64,000 nt of DNA from a virus (Duplodnaviria; Caudoviricetes). The stretch's first letter is position 1. Every line of letters begins with the position of its first letter. Both the position numbers and the translations under genes were made by a program. Below, one piece after another: positions 20,838 through 30,256 of this stretch. The stretch covers positions 32,001 to 96,000 of the IMG/VR virus record IMGVR_UViG_3300023170_004399; one strand, given 5' to 3'. The notes beneath the pieces are model-generated. The model ran no database searches. It worked only from the letters and a program-made list of their open reading frames with translations, and was not told the DNA's origin.

Positions 20838-21302
20838 ATGAATAATTATAAACATAAGAATTTATATTCTTTTAGTGGAGAAGAAAATTACTTAAGTATG
20901 TATGCATACTCAGTTTATTTAAGATCAGGAGGAGATGCAATTACTGGCCGTTTTCAAATTACTATTGATACAGTGCCTGAATGGGAGGCTGATGGATCTA
21001 CACATGTGTCTGTATACTGGGCAAAATTAGAAAAGTGGACAGACAAAGGATTTGTATTAGTGTCGAGTTACAGATTTGATATCACTAATCATAATATATC
21101 AGATATAGAACATCTTTTGGCTTCACATTTTGAATCATTTACTTTAGGTACATATGTTGATGGTGCAGTATCAAATCCAGTTGATACAAAGCCAAAAAAA
21201 ACAAAAAAACCTAATAAGTCAAATGAAATAAAAAAATTAGCTGACAAATACATAAAAAACGTTAACAAAAGTAAAAACAAAAAATATTTTGATTTTTTAT
21301 AA
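20838..21302 (+). CDS. Hypothetical protein
   Basis: 154-aa ORF, AGGAG SD, Lys-rich tail. Confidence 0.6.
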   Translation: MNNYKHKNLYSFSGEENYLSMYAYSVYLRSGGDAITGRFQITIDTVPEWEADGSTHVSVYWAKLEKWTDKGFVLVSSYRFDITNHNISDIEHLLASHFESFTLGTYVDGAVSNPVDTKPKKTKKPNKSNEIKKLADKYIKNVNKSKNKKYFDFL

Positions 21303-21318
21303 TTATTTTCTGCAAATA

Positions 21319-21347
21319 TTGCAAAAACATTCTGAGCTAGTTATATT
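21319..21347 (+). promoter_or_regulatory. Sigma70-type (early) promoter
   Basis: TTGCAA-N17-TATATT; the same architecture recurs at 21839 and 23262. Confidence 0.7.
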
Positions 21348-21367
21348 ACATATATCAGGAGGTCAAC

Positions 21368-21811
21368 ATGTCTAGAAAAAAATTATACAATTCAATCAAA
21401 CAACAGATTATGCAAAACAACCCAGAGGAATTTGCTGCTTATAAAAAGAAGCGTGTTAATACTAGTATGAGAGAACAAAAAGCTCAGCACAGTGTTGAAT
21501 GGAAACAAGATCGCCGTCAAAAACGCAAACCAGAATTCGATTGGGATATTAAGGAAAATGATTTAGTAAAAATAAAAGTAACTGGAAAAAACGCAGAATG
21601 GCAATTTGGTGGCACACCACTGGAAGAAATTGAAAACACTGTGTTTATAGTAATAGCTAAATCAAAACGTAATCCTATTAACTGGGGTCTTTGTGAAAGC
21701 GTTGATAACATGTGGGGCCGAATGCATTCTGATGAAAAGACCGAGTTTGCAAACATCATTGGTGGCGTTCATAATGTTTGGATAAAAGTTTCAATGCTAA
21801 GAAAAATATAA
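21368..21811 (+). CDS. Hypothetical protein with KOW/SH3-like C-terminal part
   Basis: 147 aa, AGGAGG SD, IKENDLVKIK. Confidence 0.6.
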   Translation: MSRKKLYNSIKQQIMQNNPEEFAAYKKKRVNTSMREQKAQHSVEWKQDRRQKRKPEFDWDIKENDLVKIKVTGKNAEWQFGGTPLEEIENTVFIVIAKSKRNPINWGLCESVDNMWGRMHSDEKTEFANIIGGVHNVWIKVSMLRKI

Positions 21812-21838
21812 AAAAAATTATTTTTTTTCAAGCAAAAT

Positions 21839-21867
21839 CTGCAAATATTTCTAAAATCAATTATATT
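21839..21867 (+). promoter_or_regulatory. Sigma70-type (early) promoter
   Basis: CTGCAA-N17-TATATT upstream of the MoxR ATPase. Confidence 0.65.
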
Positions 21868-21914
21868 ATATATACAACTTAACCAATCAACTAACTTATT
21901 TTTTCGGAGTCTTT

Positions 21915-23012
21915 ATGTCTACAAAAACAACTACAACAATCTCTTCATTTCTTGCTGTTGCATCTAAGTTGCCACCAGAAATTGCTGTCTTAATGCAAGG
22001 TCCTACTGGTATCGGTAAATCTTTTTTAGCTAAACAAGTTGCTGAGGATTTAGATTTACCATTTATCCCTGTCTTTGGTTCTACTATGTCTGAAGGTGAT
22101 GTAGGTGGTTATCCAGATATTGAAAGTATGAAGGAAACCGGTGTCATGACTTTCTGCATGCCTTCTTGGTTTATTCGTGCTTGTTCTGAGCCATGTGTTG
22201 TAATGCTAGATGAGCTTAATCGTTCTCTTCCTGGCGTTCAACAATCATTCTTCCAATTAGTTTTAGATAGAGCTCTTGGTAACGACAAAAACGGTGCTCC
22301 ATATAAATTGCATCCAAATACAAGAATATTTGCTGCGGTAAATGTTGGTTCAGAGTATGATGTCAACGAAATGGACCCTGCACTTCTTCGTCGTTTTTGG
22401 GCAGTTAATCTTGAACCTAGTACACAAGATTGGGTTTCTTGGGCTAAGAATAATTCTATAGATAAATTGTTAGTAGAATTTATTCAACAAAACCCTGTTC
22501 ATCTTAGAGTCGATCCATCAACTGTTGAACCTGGAACTGTTTGTCCAAACCCTGCTTCTTGGCACAGAGTTGATACCTGTCTTAAGCATATGGGTGTCAA
22601 TCCTAGCAGCTATGCTGGTAAGGAAATGCCTGATTATGTATACACTTTATTAATTGGTATGGTAGGTGTAGAAGCTGGTATTGCATTTAACACTTTTGTC
22701 AAAAATGCTGAAGCAAATATTACTGCTGAAGACATTCTAGCTGGGTATGATTTAACTAAACTAGAAGGTGTTTCAACTGGCATTATTATTGGTATATGTG
22801 ACAAACTTAAGGAACATTGCATGGATAACGACTGGGATGCATCTGAAGCAGCTAATGTAGCAGCCTTCTCTGAAGTTATTTCAGACGAGCTTACTGTTAC
22901 ACTTTGGGGTAATATTTCATCTTCTGGTAATCTAAAAAATATTAGTGCTATTCACAAGCTTATTGGTGCAAAAGTAACTAAGATTGTACAAACTTCTAGA
23001 AACTTGAAATAA
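21915..23012 (+). CDS. MoxR-like AAA+ ATPase (AAA_5, dynein-related)
   Basis: Walker A GPTGIGKS, Walker B VMLDELNR, sensor/arginine finger AAVN..MDPALLRRF. Confidence 0.85.
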   Translation: MSTKTTTTISSFLAVASKLPPEIAVLMQGPTGIGKSFLAKQVAEDLDLPFIPVFGSTMSEGDVGGYPDIESMKETGVMTFCMPSWFIRACSEPCVVMLDELNRSLPGVQQSFFQLVLDRALGNDKNGAPYKLHPNTRIFAAVNVGSEYDVNEMDPALLRRFWAVNLEPSTQDWVSWAKNNSIDKLLVEFIQQNPVHLRVDPSTVEPGTVCPNPASWHRVDTCLKHMGVNPSSYAGKEMPDYVYTLLIGMVGVEAGIAFNTFVKNAEANITAEDILAGYDLTKLEGVSTGIIIGICDKLKEHCMDNDWDASEAANVAAFSEVISDELTVTLWGNISSSGNLKNISAIHKLIGAKVTKIVQTSRNLK

Positions 23013-23056
23013 TATTAGTATCATGTGCAGAGAGGTCTTTCTTTGGCCTCTCCTGC

Positions 23057-23248
23057 TTGGAATATATTATGGTAGGTAAATTAGTTAAAATTAAACAATA
23101 TAAGTGTGATGAGTCACAGTTTGCATTAGTAATAAGTCTCCTTAGAGGCTTAACTGATAATACTAATGATGAATATAGCGTGTACAACGTTTTGTTTAAT
23201 GGGGAAATTAGACATTTTTTTCGAAGAGAAATAGAAATTATAGAATAA
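23057..23248 (+). CDS. Small KOW/SH3-like hypothetical protein
   Basis: 63 aa, VGKLVKIK..YNVLFNGE; start uncertain. Confidence 0.5.
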   Translation: MEYIMVGKLVKIKQYKCDESQFALVISLLRGLTDNTNDEYSVYNVLFNGEIRHFFRREIEIIE

Positions 23249-23261
23249 TTTCCGGCGTTTT

Positions 23262-23290
23262 TTGCAATTTTTATATTACTTAGTTATATT
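23262..23290 (+). promoter_or_regulatory. Sigma70-type (early) promoter
   Basis: TTGCAA-N17-TATATT upstream of the VWA gene. Confidence 0.7.
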
Positions 23291-23323
23291 ACTAATACAA
23301 CAACTAACAATTATGGAGTTTAT

Positions 23324-24730
23324 ATGTCTGCAAACACTGTTGAAACAAACAAATCTCTTATTTCTAAAGAAGTTACTCAAGAACAAATGGATAACTTCAA
23401 TCTAGACTATTATTTAATTTCTCTCATGTGGAATGAGCCTTTTTATGCGCACATTATCAGACAAATTAACAAGTCTGAAACTACTAAAATTCCTACTGCG
23501 GGTGTGTATGTCAAAGACAGTGAAATACACATGATGTGGAATAGAAAGTTTCTCGCTGGTTTAAGCAAAAAAGAAGTTTTTGGCTTGCTTAAGCATGAAG
23601 CAATGCACTTAATCTTCAGTCACACTACAACACGTAGATTTGACCCACATATAGTTTGGAATTATGCTACTGATTTAGCTATTAATAGTATGATACCAGA
23701 AGATGAATTACCGGAAGGTGGTTTAATACCTAGTAAAAAATTTAAACCTCTTACTGCAGAGCAAGTTGAACAAATGGGTCAACAAGCTGCTGATAGATAT
23801 GAAATGATATCTAACAAAATTGCTTCTTTTCCTAAAAACAAAAATGCTGAATGGTATTTCTCTAGACTTATGGAAGACCCTGAAGTCAAAGAGGCTATAG
23901 AATCTGCGCAAAAAATGCAAGGAAAATCTTTGCAAGATGCTTTAGCAGATGGCACTGTCAAAATAGACGAAGATGGCAACCTCGTTGACCAAGATGGTAA
24001 TCCAGTTACAGTTGTTCCCGGAGAAGGTGGCGAAGGTTCTATGGATAGCCATGAAGGTTGGGATAGTATGTCTGATGAAGAACGTCAAAAAATGGAAGGT
24101 AAGATTAAGGTCGCACTTGAAAAGTCTATTAAGGAATGTGATAGAACAAATAAGTGGGGTAACATTAGTGCATCGATGCGCTCTACTTTACGTAGCTTGG
24201 TTTCACGTGAAATCCCTTGGCAATCAGTGCTTAAGCAATTTTGTGGAATGTCTAGACGTGCTGATAGAGCATCATCTATTAGACGCATACATCGCAAGTA
24301 TCCTGGAATACACCCAGGAGCTTTTCGTGATTACAAATCTAATATTGCTGTATACGTAGACCAGTCTGGTTCCGTTTCAGATAGTGACTTAGAATTACTT
24401 TCAGGCGAACTTCAAAATCTTGCTAAAAGAGTAACATTTACTATGTACAACTTTGATACTGAAGTAGATGTCGACTCTGAACAAGAATACAAAAAAGGTA
24501 AGCGTATTGATATTAAGCGTACCAGATGCGGTGGCACATGTTTTACTTGCGTTATTAAGCATGCTAATTTAAACAAATCTAAGTATGATGGTATACTTAT
24601 ATTAACAGATGGTTATGCTTCTAAACCACAAGTTAAATCAAACCTTAAGGTAGGCTGGGTTATTGTACCAGACGGAAAACTTGCTTTCAAAAAGAAGAAC
24701 AGAGACTTCTTAATAGAAATGAAAGAATAA
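23324..24730 (+). CDS. DUF2201-type putative metallopeptidase plus VWA-like protein (MoxR partner)
   Basis: HEAMH (HExxH), WNYATDLAIN, MIDAS VDQSGSVS, GGT and TDG. Confidence 0.85.
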   Translation: MSANTVETNKSLISKEVTQEQMDNFNLDYYLISLMWNEPFYAHIIRQINKSETTKIPTAGVYVKDSEIHMMWNRKFLAGLSKKEVFGLLKHEAMHLIFSHTTTRRFDPHIVWNYATDLAINSMIPEDELPEGGLIPSKKFKPLTAEQVEQMGQQAADRYEMISNKIASFPKNKNAEWYFSRLMEDPEVKEAIESAQKMQGKSLQDALADGTVKIDEDGNLVDQDGNPVTVVPGEGGEGSMDSHEGWDSMSDEERQKMEGKIKVALEKSIKECDRTNKWGNISASMRSTLRSLVSREIPWQSVLKQFCGMSRRADRASSIRRIHRKYPGIHPGAFRDYKSNIAVYVDQSGSVSDSDLELLSGELQNLAKRVTFTMYNFDTEVDVDSEQEYKKGKRIDIKRTRCGGTCFTCVIKHANLNKSKYDGILILTDGYASKPQVKSNLKVGWVIVPDGKLAFKKKNRDFLIEMKE

Positions 24731-24795
24731 AAATATAGACGTAGAACGCGTTTAGGGTTTTATAAAATAAAGTTCAACAACATCGATTAATAAGT

Positions 24796-24828
24796 AAGCG
24801 TCCTCTACCCTAAGGGACGCTTTCTTTT
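24796..24828 (+). terminator. Rho-independent terminator between convergent genes
   Basis: AAGCGTCC...GGACGCTT stem followed by TCTTTT. Confidence 0.7.
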
Positions 24829-25520
24829 ATAAATCTTTTGATATATTTGTGTTGTATAGATATTGACATATTGTTAAATTCTGGATATGTAGCTATTAGA
24901 AGACCTACAAAATCTCCTTTGTTGTCATATATAGGACCACCAGATGATCCTCCAACAGCAGGTATATTAAATATTGAATATGTATTATCTAACTCACCAG
25001 CATAATAACCGAACAGTTTGTTAGATAGATTTTTGCCTTTTATGCCTAAAGGATATCCTATATAATAATATAAGTCAGATCTATTTGGTTCTTTTTTAGA
25101 AAGCTTTGAAGGTTTTATACCTAGATTGTAATCACTTTCAAATAAACAAATATCATAAAAGTGATCTATACTTATAGGTTCACCGGTCCAATAGTTGCCA
25201 TAAACATCAATTGCAATAGTCATACTAGCATATCTTTTTTCAATATCAACCATATATTTCCATGGTTCACAAACATGAGCAGCAGTTAATATGTATTTAT
25301 CACTTATAATGACACCTGTACCTCGAGAAACATCTTCTTCACTTAAGTCAGCTGACATTAATGTAGTTTGTATTAACACAGTAGTTTCGTTAACTCTACC
25401 GAATTTAATCTCTTTTTTATTACTGATTTTTTTCACGTTACATGACATGCAACTTGAAACACAAACTAAAAAAATTATGAACAATAGTATGTTATTTAAT
25501 ATTTTATTAACGCTAATCAT
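24810..25520 (-). CDS. Trypsin-like serine protease with N-terminal signal or anchor
   Basis: LTAAHVC, DICL and GGSSGGP catalytic motifs; hydrophobic N-terminus. Confidence 0.85.
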   Translation of the reverse strand: MISVNKILNNILLFIIFLVCVSSCMSCNVKKISNKKEIKFGRVNETTVLIQTTLMSADLSEEDVSRGTGVIISDKYILTAAHVCEPWKYMVDIEKRYASMTIAIDVYGNYWTGEPISIDHFYDICLFESDYNLGIKPSKLSKKEPNRSDLYYYIGYPLGIKGKNLSNKLFGYYAGELDNTYSIFNIPAVGGSSGGPIYDNKGDFVGLLIATYPEFNNMSISIQHKYIKRFIKESVP

Positions 25521-25575
25521 TTATACACTTCTTATTAATTAAGTATTATTTAAAATAAAATATGGAGTCGATAAT

Positions 25576-26388
25576 ATGAAATTAGTTATGTTTGATATGG
25601 ATGGCACATTAACTGATGCTAGAAAACAAATATCTTTGTCAATGATGACAGCGCTAGGTAACTTACAAAAAAGCGGTTATAAAATAGCTATTGTGACTGG
25701 TTCCGACTTAAATTACATAGAGCAACAATGTGATCCAATTTTTGATATAGGTAGTCCTGTTGATCCAACAGCTATTCTATACTATCCTTGCAATGGCACG
25801 AAAAAATATAATTTTTCAAATGGTAGGTTTTCTTGCGAGTATACTCATAGTTTGTGTCATCATGTTGGAAGAGGAAGATACAGCGATATGATTAAAGCAA
25901 TATTTGACTGTCAAAGTTATTTATTAAGATTAGAAGGTACTGATGGAATATTGTTGACTTCTACGTTTATTGTCTCGCGCGGATCTATGATAAACTGGTC
26001 ACCTATAGGTAGAAATGCTGATAGTAATGATAGAGAGAGATTTGTTGCAGTTGATAAAAAGTATAACATAAGAATGAGTATTTTAGAATACATCGATAAA
26101 AACTATAAAGATTTATTTAAAGGTGTCACAGTAAAGTTAGGTGGTGATACTAGTTTTGATATATTCCCTACGGGATGGGATAAAACTTACGCTTTAAATG
26201 ATCAATTAAACAGTGATATTAAGTACGAAGAGATTATCTTTATGGGCGACCGTTGTGAAGACAATGGCAATGATAAAGAAATTTATGACGCATGTAAAAA
26301 ATTAGAGAATGGAAAATCATACAAAGTAAGAAATTATTTTGAAACAACATACATTATTGAACAAATTATTGGAGGTAAAGATGAGTAG
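25576..26388 (+). CDS. Eukaryote-type phosphomannomutase (HAD-IIB, PMM family)
   Basis: FDMDGTLT, VTGSD, RGSMINWSPIGR, GGDTSFDIFPTGWDKTYAL and FMGD..GNDKEIY match PMM2/Sec53 motifs. Confidence 0.85.
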   Translation: MKLVMFDMDGTLTDARKQISLSMMTALGNLQKSGYKIAIVTGSDLNYIEQQCDPIFDIGSPVDPTAILYYPCNGTKKYNFSNGRFSCEYTHSLCHHVGRGRYSDMIKAIFDCQSYLLRLEGTDGILLTSTFIVSRGSMINWSPIGRNADSNDRERFVAVDKKYNIRMSILEYIDKNYKDLFKGVTVKLGGDTSFDIFPTGWDKTYALNDQLNSDIKYEEIIFMGDRCEDNGNDKEIYDACKKLENGKSYKVRNYFETTYIIEQIIGGKDE

Positions 26389-26686
26389 TGAAAATGAAAC
26401 AGGCACAATAACAGAATCTGAAAATACACAAGCAGGTGAAATGCAACTTGAGCTGACAGATGATGTTTTAGATAGTTTGGGTTTAATTAAAAGAGAGGAT
26501 ATAGAAAAAATTGCATCCAATAGAGATTTAAAAATACAGCTTATTACTCAAGCAAAAGAAATACTATATAGTAACATTCAGATGCACTGGGAGATAAATA
26601 AAGAATATAAAAAATTGCCAGATGCAAAAGAAATAGTTGATTGCGCAAGTGTATTATATGACTTTGTCACCCAGATAGATGATTGA
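26381..26686 (+). CDS. Hypothetical protein
   Basis: ATG at 26381 after a GGAGGT SD. Confidence 0.6.
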   Translation: MSSENETGTITESENTQAGEMQLELTDDVLDSLGLIKREDIEKIASNRDLKIQLITQAKEILYSNIQMHWEINKEYKKLPDAKEIVDCASVLYDFVTQIDD

Positions 26687-26973
26687 TGTTTAAAGAAGGA
26701 GACCTATGTCGTATTGATTTTTCAACAATAGAATCAACCGCAACACTAGATAATACTTTTGTAATGGACAATTCTTATTTTTTTGATACATCACTTGGGT
26801 TTGGTGAACATAAATTAATACTTTTTTTAGAAACTAAGTTTATGGGAGATATATTGAACGAAGACGTTTTTCAATCAACAGTTTTTTGCGTTAATGAATC
26901 GTGTTTTTATCACATTATATTTCGTGCAGACATAATAAATTACACACTTATAGGAGAATTCGATAATGAATAA
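26686..26973 (+). CDS. Small hypothetical protein (FKEGDL start, KOW-like)
   Basis: TGATG overlap with the previous stop. Confidence 0.55.
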   Translation: MFKEGDLCRIDFSTIESTATLDNTFVMDNSYFFDTSLGFGEHKLILFLETKFMGDILNEDVFQSTVFCVNESCFYHIIFRADIINYTLIGEFDNE

Positions 26974-28591
26974 TTACGATATTAAAAAATATTTCCCGTA
27001 TGACACTGTCAGGGAACAGCAAAGGAATATTATAAATTTTGCGTTACATAATTTTTTGCAAAATAATAAAAAGTTTGTCATAGTAGAAGCTGGTACTGGT
27101 ATTGGTAAATCTGCTATTGGCGTTACAGTAGCCAATTATCTTATTGATCATTTAACAGATGAGACAATGAATAAAAAAGGCGCTTACTATCTTACTACGC
27201 AAAAAGTATTGCAACAACAGTATATCAAAGATTTTGCTACCGTAGATTATGTAAAAATGAAGTCTTTACAATCAGCTTCAAATTATCGTTGTAAATATTA
27301 TACAAATCAAACTTGTGCAGAGTCTTTGCCTGAACTAAAGGTATCTAAAGACGATAGTTTTAAAATGTGCTGTGCCATTAACTGTAATTATTCTAATGCT
27401 AAGAAAGAGTTTGATGAAAGTAATAATGGTGTCACAAATTTTTCTTATTTTTTAACTGAAAAGAATTATAGTGGCAAGCTTTCTAATAAACAAATAATGG
27501 TTATTGATGAATGTCATAACGTTGAAACTGAGTTAAGCAAGTTTGTAGAAATGACTTTTACGCAATATTTTGCTGAAAAAATATTAAAGTTAAAAGTGCC
27601 TGAATTAAAAACCCAGTTCCAAGTTTTGAAATGGATTAAAGAAAATTATCTTCCAGCACTAGTAAAAACTCGGAACAAAATGGAAAAAATGATTGAGTCG
27701 ACTGGTATAAAAGATCGTATAACGGAATTTGTCATGTTAGAAAAAAAGTGGAAAATGGTTGATGGCCATTTGCAAAAAATACAGAAGTTTTTTACTATAT
27801 ACAATAAAGACAACTGGATTATGAATATTGTAAAAACTGATAGGAAAAATTATACTAAGTGGGAATTTAAACCTATTGATGTAAGTCCTTACACTAACGA
27901 AGTTTTATTTTCAAAAGCTGATAAAATACTAATGATGTCTGCAACTATTATAAACAAAGATGCTTTTTGTGAAGTTTTAGGAATTAAAAAAGAAGAATGT
28001 GCATTTATTTCTGTGCCTAGTCCTTTCCCAGTAGAAAATAGACCAATATTGTTTAGTGGTGTTGGTTCAATGAGTTTAAATAATATTGATGCGTCTCTAC
28101 CTAGAATGGCAGTAGCAATTCAAACAATATTACAAAATCATAAAAATCAAAAAGGCATAATTCACTGTCACAATTATAAGATAGCTAAGTATCTCAAGGA
28201 AAAGTTAAAAACAAAAAGACTATTAACACATACTGCTGAGGATAGAGAAAAGGTTTTAAACAGACATATTTTTGAGAAAGCACCAACTGTTTTATTGTCT
28301 CCATCGATGCAAGAAGGTGTTGATTTAAAAGGAAAAGCTAGTGAATTTCAAATATTGTGTAAAGTGCCTTACCCTTATTTAGGTGATAAACTAGTAAAGA
28401 AACGCATGCATAAATGGTCATGGTGGTATCCTTTACAAACGGTAAAAGTAATCATACAATCTGTAGGTAGAAGTATTAGATCATCTGATGACAAAGCAGT
28501 AACATATATTTTAGACAGTGATTGGAACAAATTTTATGGTAGGAATAAAGATATATTCCCAGTTGATTTTCGAAAAGCAATTTTAAAGTGA
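26966..28591 (+). CDS. DinG/XPD/YoaA-family SF2 helicase
   Basis: Q motif FPYDTVREQQ, Walker A EAGTGIGKS, DECH box, Cys cluster for a possible Fe-S, EGVDLKG and QSVGRSIRS. Confidence 0.85.
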   Translation: MNNYDIKKYFPYDTVREQQRNIINFALHNFLQNNKKFVIVEAGTGIGKSAIGVTVANYLIDHLTDETMNKKGAYYLTTQKVLQQQYIKDFATVDYVKMKSLQSASNYRCKYYTNQTCAESLPELKVSKDDSFKMCCAINCNYSNAKKEFDESNNGVTNFSYFLTEKNYSGKLSNKQIMVIDECHNVETELSKFVEMTFTQYFAEKILKLKVPELKTQFQVLKWIKENYLPALVKTRNKMEKMIESTGIKDRITEFVMLEKKWKMVDGHLQKIQKFFTIYNKDNWIMNIVKTDRKNYTKWEFKPIDVSPYTNEVLFSKADKILMMSATIINKDAFCEVLGIKKEECAFISVPSPFPVENRPILFSGVGSMSLNNIDASLPRMAVAIQTILQNHKNQKGIIHCHNYKIAKYLKEKLKTKRLLTHTAEDREKVLNRHIFEKAPTVLLSPSMQEGVDLKGKASEFQILCKVPYPYLGDKLVKKRMHKWSWWYPLQTVKVIIQSVGRSIRSSDDKAVTYILDSDWNKFYGRNKDIFPVDFRKAILK

Positions 28592-28599
28592 GGTAAAAA

Positions 28600-29139
28600 A
28601 TGATTATAAAAGATATATACGAGTTAAAAAAGAAACTAGAAAGCGCAAACCATCTTAGACCCATATATTTAACGTCAGGTGGTTTTGACCCAATTCATCC
28701 GGGGCATGTAAGGTGCATTAAACACACCGGCACTTTAGCAAATAACCCTCATAGGCATCCATATTATGATACTGGTATAGTTGTTGTAGTTGTTAATTCT
28801 GACAATTTTTTAATTAATAAAAAAGGTTTTGCATTCATGTCACTAGATGAAAGAATGGAAATAATTGATGCTATTTCTGGCGTAGATTTTGTAACTTCAT
28901 GGGATAACACAAAAGATGACACTACAGTTTGCAAGCCAATTGAAATACTAAAACCAAAATATTTCACAAAAGGTGGAGATAGATTTGATGCTAGTACTAT
29001 TCCGGAATGGGAAACATGTCAAAAAATAGGTTGTGAAATAATGACTGGTGTCGGGGCTGGTGGAAAAATTCAATCATCTTCTGATTTGGTAAAAAATCTA
29101 TTAAAACAAATATTTAAGAAGGATCAAAAAAATGAGTAA
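28600..29139 (+). CDS. HIGH-motif cytidylyltransferase (TagD/RfaE-like)
   Basis: GGFDPIHPGHV, VVVVNSD, ERMEII, KGGDR and QSSS. Confidence 0.8.
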   Translation: MIIKDIYELKKKLESANHLRPIYLTSGGFDPIHPGHVRCIKHTGTLANNPHRHPYYDTGIVVVVVNSDNFLINKKGFAFMSLDERMEIIDAISGVDFVTSWDNTKDDTTVCKPIEILKPKYFTKGGDRFDASTIPEWETCQKIGCEIMTGVGAGGKIQSSSDLVKNLLKQIFKKDQKNE

Positions 29140-29491
29140 TATTAAAAGAGTAAAAAAACCTTGGGGTAGAGAAGAAATTTGGGGTGATATTGATGGTGTT
29201 TGCATAGGCAAGTGTATATTTATCAACATGGGCGAAAGACTTTCTAGACAGTATCATGAAAAAAAAGAAGAGGCAATCTACGTTGTAAGAGGTGTGTTAA
29301 GATTAGAAATAGGCGAAGATGCGGACGGAAATCCGGAACAAGTTATGACTGGAGGCCCAGGTTTTACGTATCATATTAAGCCTGGTTTAATACATAGATT
29401 TTGTTCAAATGGCGGTGACGTAATGCTTTGCGAAATTTCTACATATTACCCGGATGACGTTGTCAGATTAAAAGATGATTACAAAAGATAA
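29132..29491 (+). CDS. Cupin, mannose-6-phosphate isomerase type II C-terminal-like
   Basis: KPWG..RLSRQYHEKKEEAIYVVRG..HRF..EIST..DDVVRL. Confidence 0.75.
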   Translation: MSNIKRVKKPWGREEIWGDIDGVCIGKCIFINMGERLSRQYHEKKEEAIYVVRGVLRLEIGEDADGNPEQVMTGGPGFTYHIKPGLIHRFCSNGGDVMLCEISTYYPDDVVRLKDDYKR

Positions 29492-29505
29492 ACAAGAGAG
29501 GAATA

Positions 29506-29925
29506 ATGACTGGTGCAGGCATATATGTTGTTAAGTTTAAAAATGATAAACCATTAGTTTTAGGTCTGATAGGACCTGATAATATTATCAAAGACAAAAA
29601 AGGTATATATGATCTGCCAAAAGGTCATGTGGATGGTGGCGAGTCTGTTTGGGAATGTGCTAAAAGAGAATGCTTAGAAGAAGCTGGCATTTGGTTCGAC
29701 CAAAGTGATATACAATATGGCCCAATTATACATAAAAATCTTACGTTATTTATTTGCTTTGCAGAGCCTTTTGTGACATGTAAAATAAAAAGAAACCCTG
29801 TTACTAAAGAAATAGAACATCAAGGTTATAAGTGGTTAACACCAGAAGAATTAGAAAAAGATTGTTATAATTATCTCAAACCCATAATTAGGATATGTAA
29901 TAAAAAATTATCAAACTTGAGATAA
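29506..29925 (+). CDS. Nudix hydrolase (Ap4A hydrolase-like)
   Basis: Nudix box LPKGHVDGGESVWECAKRECLEEAG plus EHQGYKW. Confidence 0.85.
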   Translation: MTGAGIYVVKFKNDKPLVLGLIGPDNIIKDKKGIYDLPKGHVDGGESVWECAKRECLEEAGIWFDQSDIQYGPIIHKNLTLFICFAEPFVTCKIKRNPVTKEIEHQGYKWLTPEELEKDCYNYLKPIIRICNKKLSNLR

Positions 29926-29928
29926 ACA

Positions 29929-30195
29929 TTGGAAAATTTAAGAAATTTTATTCGTCAAATATTAAATGAAACAAAATATGCACAACATCGATGCTTAGAT
30001 GGTAGTTTAGTTGATCATGATTCTATAGAATGTCTAATAGATGTAGAAAAAAGATTAAAAGATATGTTGTACCATAGAGATGGGTATGACAGAGGTACAG
30101 CTAACAGAGTGCACTACAATGGCTTATTGAGCAATTTAAGGTCAAAAAGACGTAAGTTATTAAAAAAATACCCAGATTATGAAACAATAATTTGA
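29929..30195 (+). CDS. Hypothetical protein with LRNFIRQILNE leader
   Basis: 88-aa ORF with TTG start, filling the gap. Confidence 0.6.
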   Translation: MENLRNFIRQILNETKYAQHRCLDGSLVDHDSIECLIDVEKRLKDMLYHRDGYDRGTANRVHYNGLLSNLRSKRRKLLKKYPDYETII

Positions 30196-30208
30196 TATTA
30201 TTAAAGAC

Positions 30209-30237
30209 TTGAACATTTTTGATAAGCCATGTATAGT
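30209..30237 (+). promoter_or_regulatory. Sigma70-like promoter for the yeaH-spoVR-yeaG block
   Basis: TTGAAC-N17-TATAGT, with TG immediately before the -10. Confidence 0.45.
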
Positions 30238-30256
30238 TATTTAACATGGAGATATT

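Noticed and set aside
560-25560. TAATTA/TACTTA upstream of several genes as a late promoter consensus
   Set aside because: Plausible (upstream of 592, 13371, 20838, 25520) but too low in complexity for this AT-rich DNA to support without statistics.
25576-28591. Giant eukaryotic virus origin, suggested by the eukaryote-type PMM and DinG/XPD helicase
   Set aside because: SD sequences, overlapping operons, sigma factors, lipoproteins and Rho-independent terminators indicate a bacterial host.
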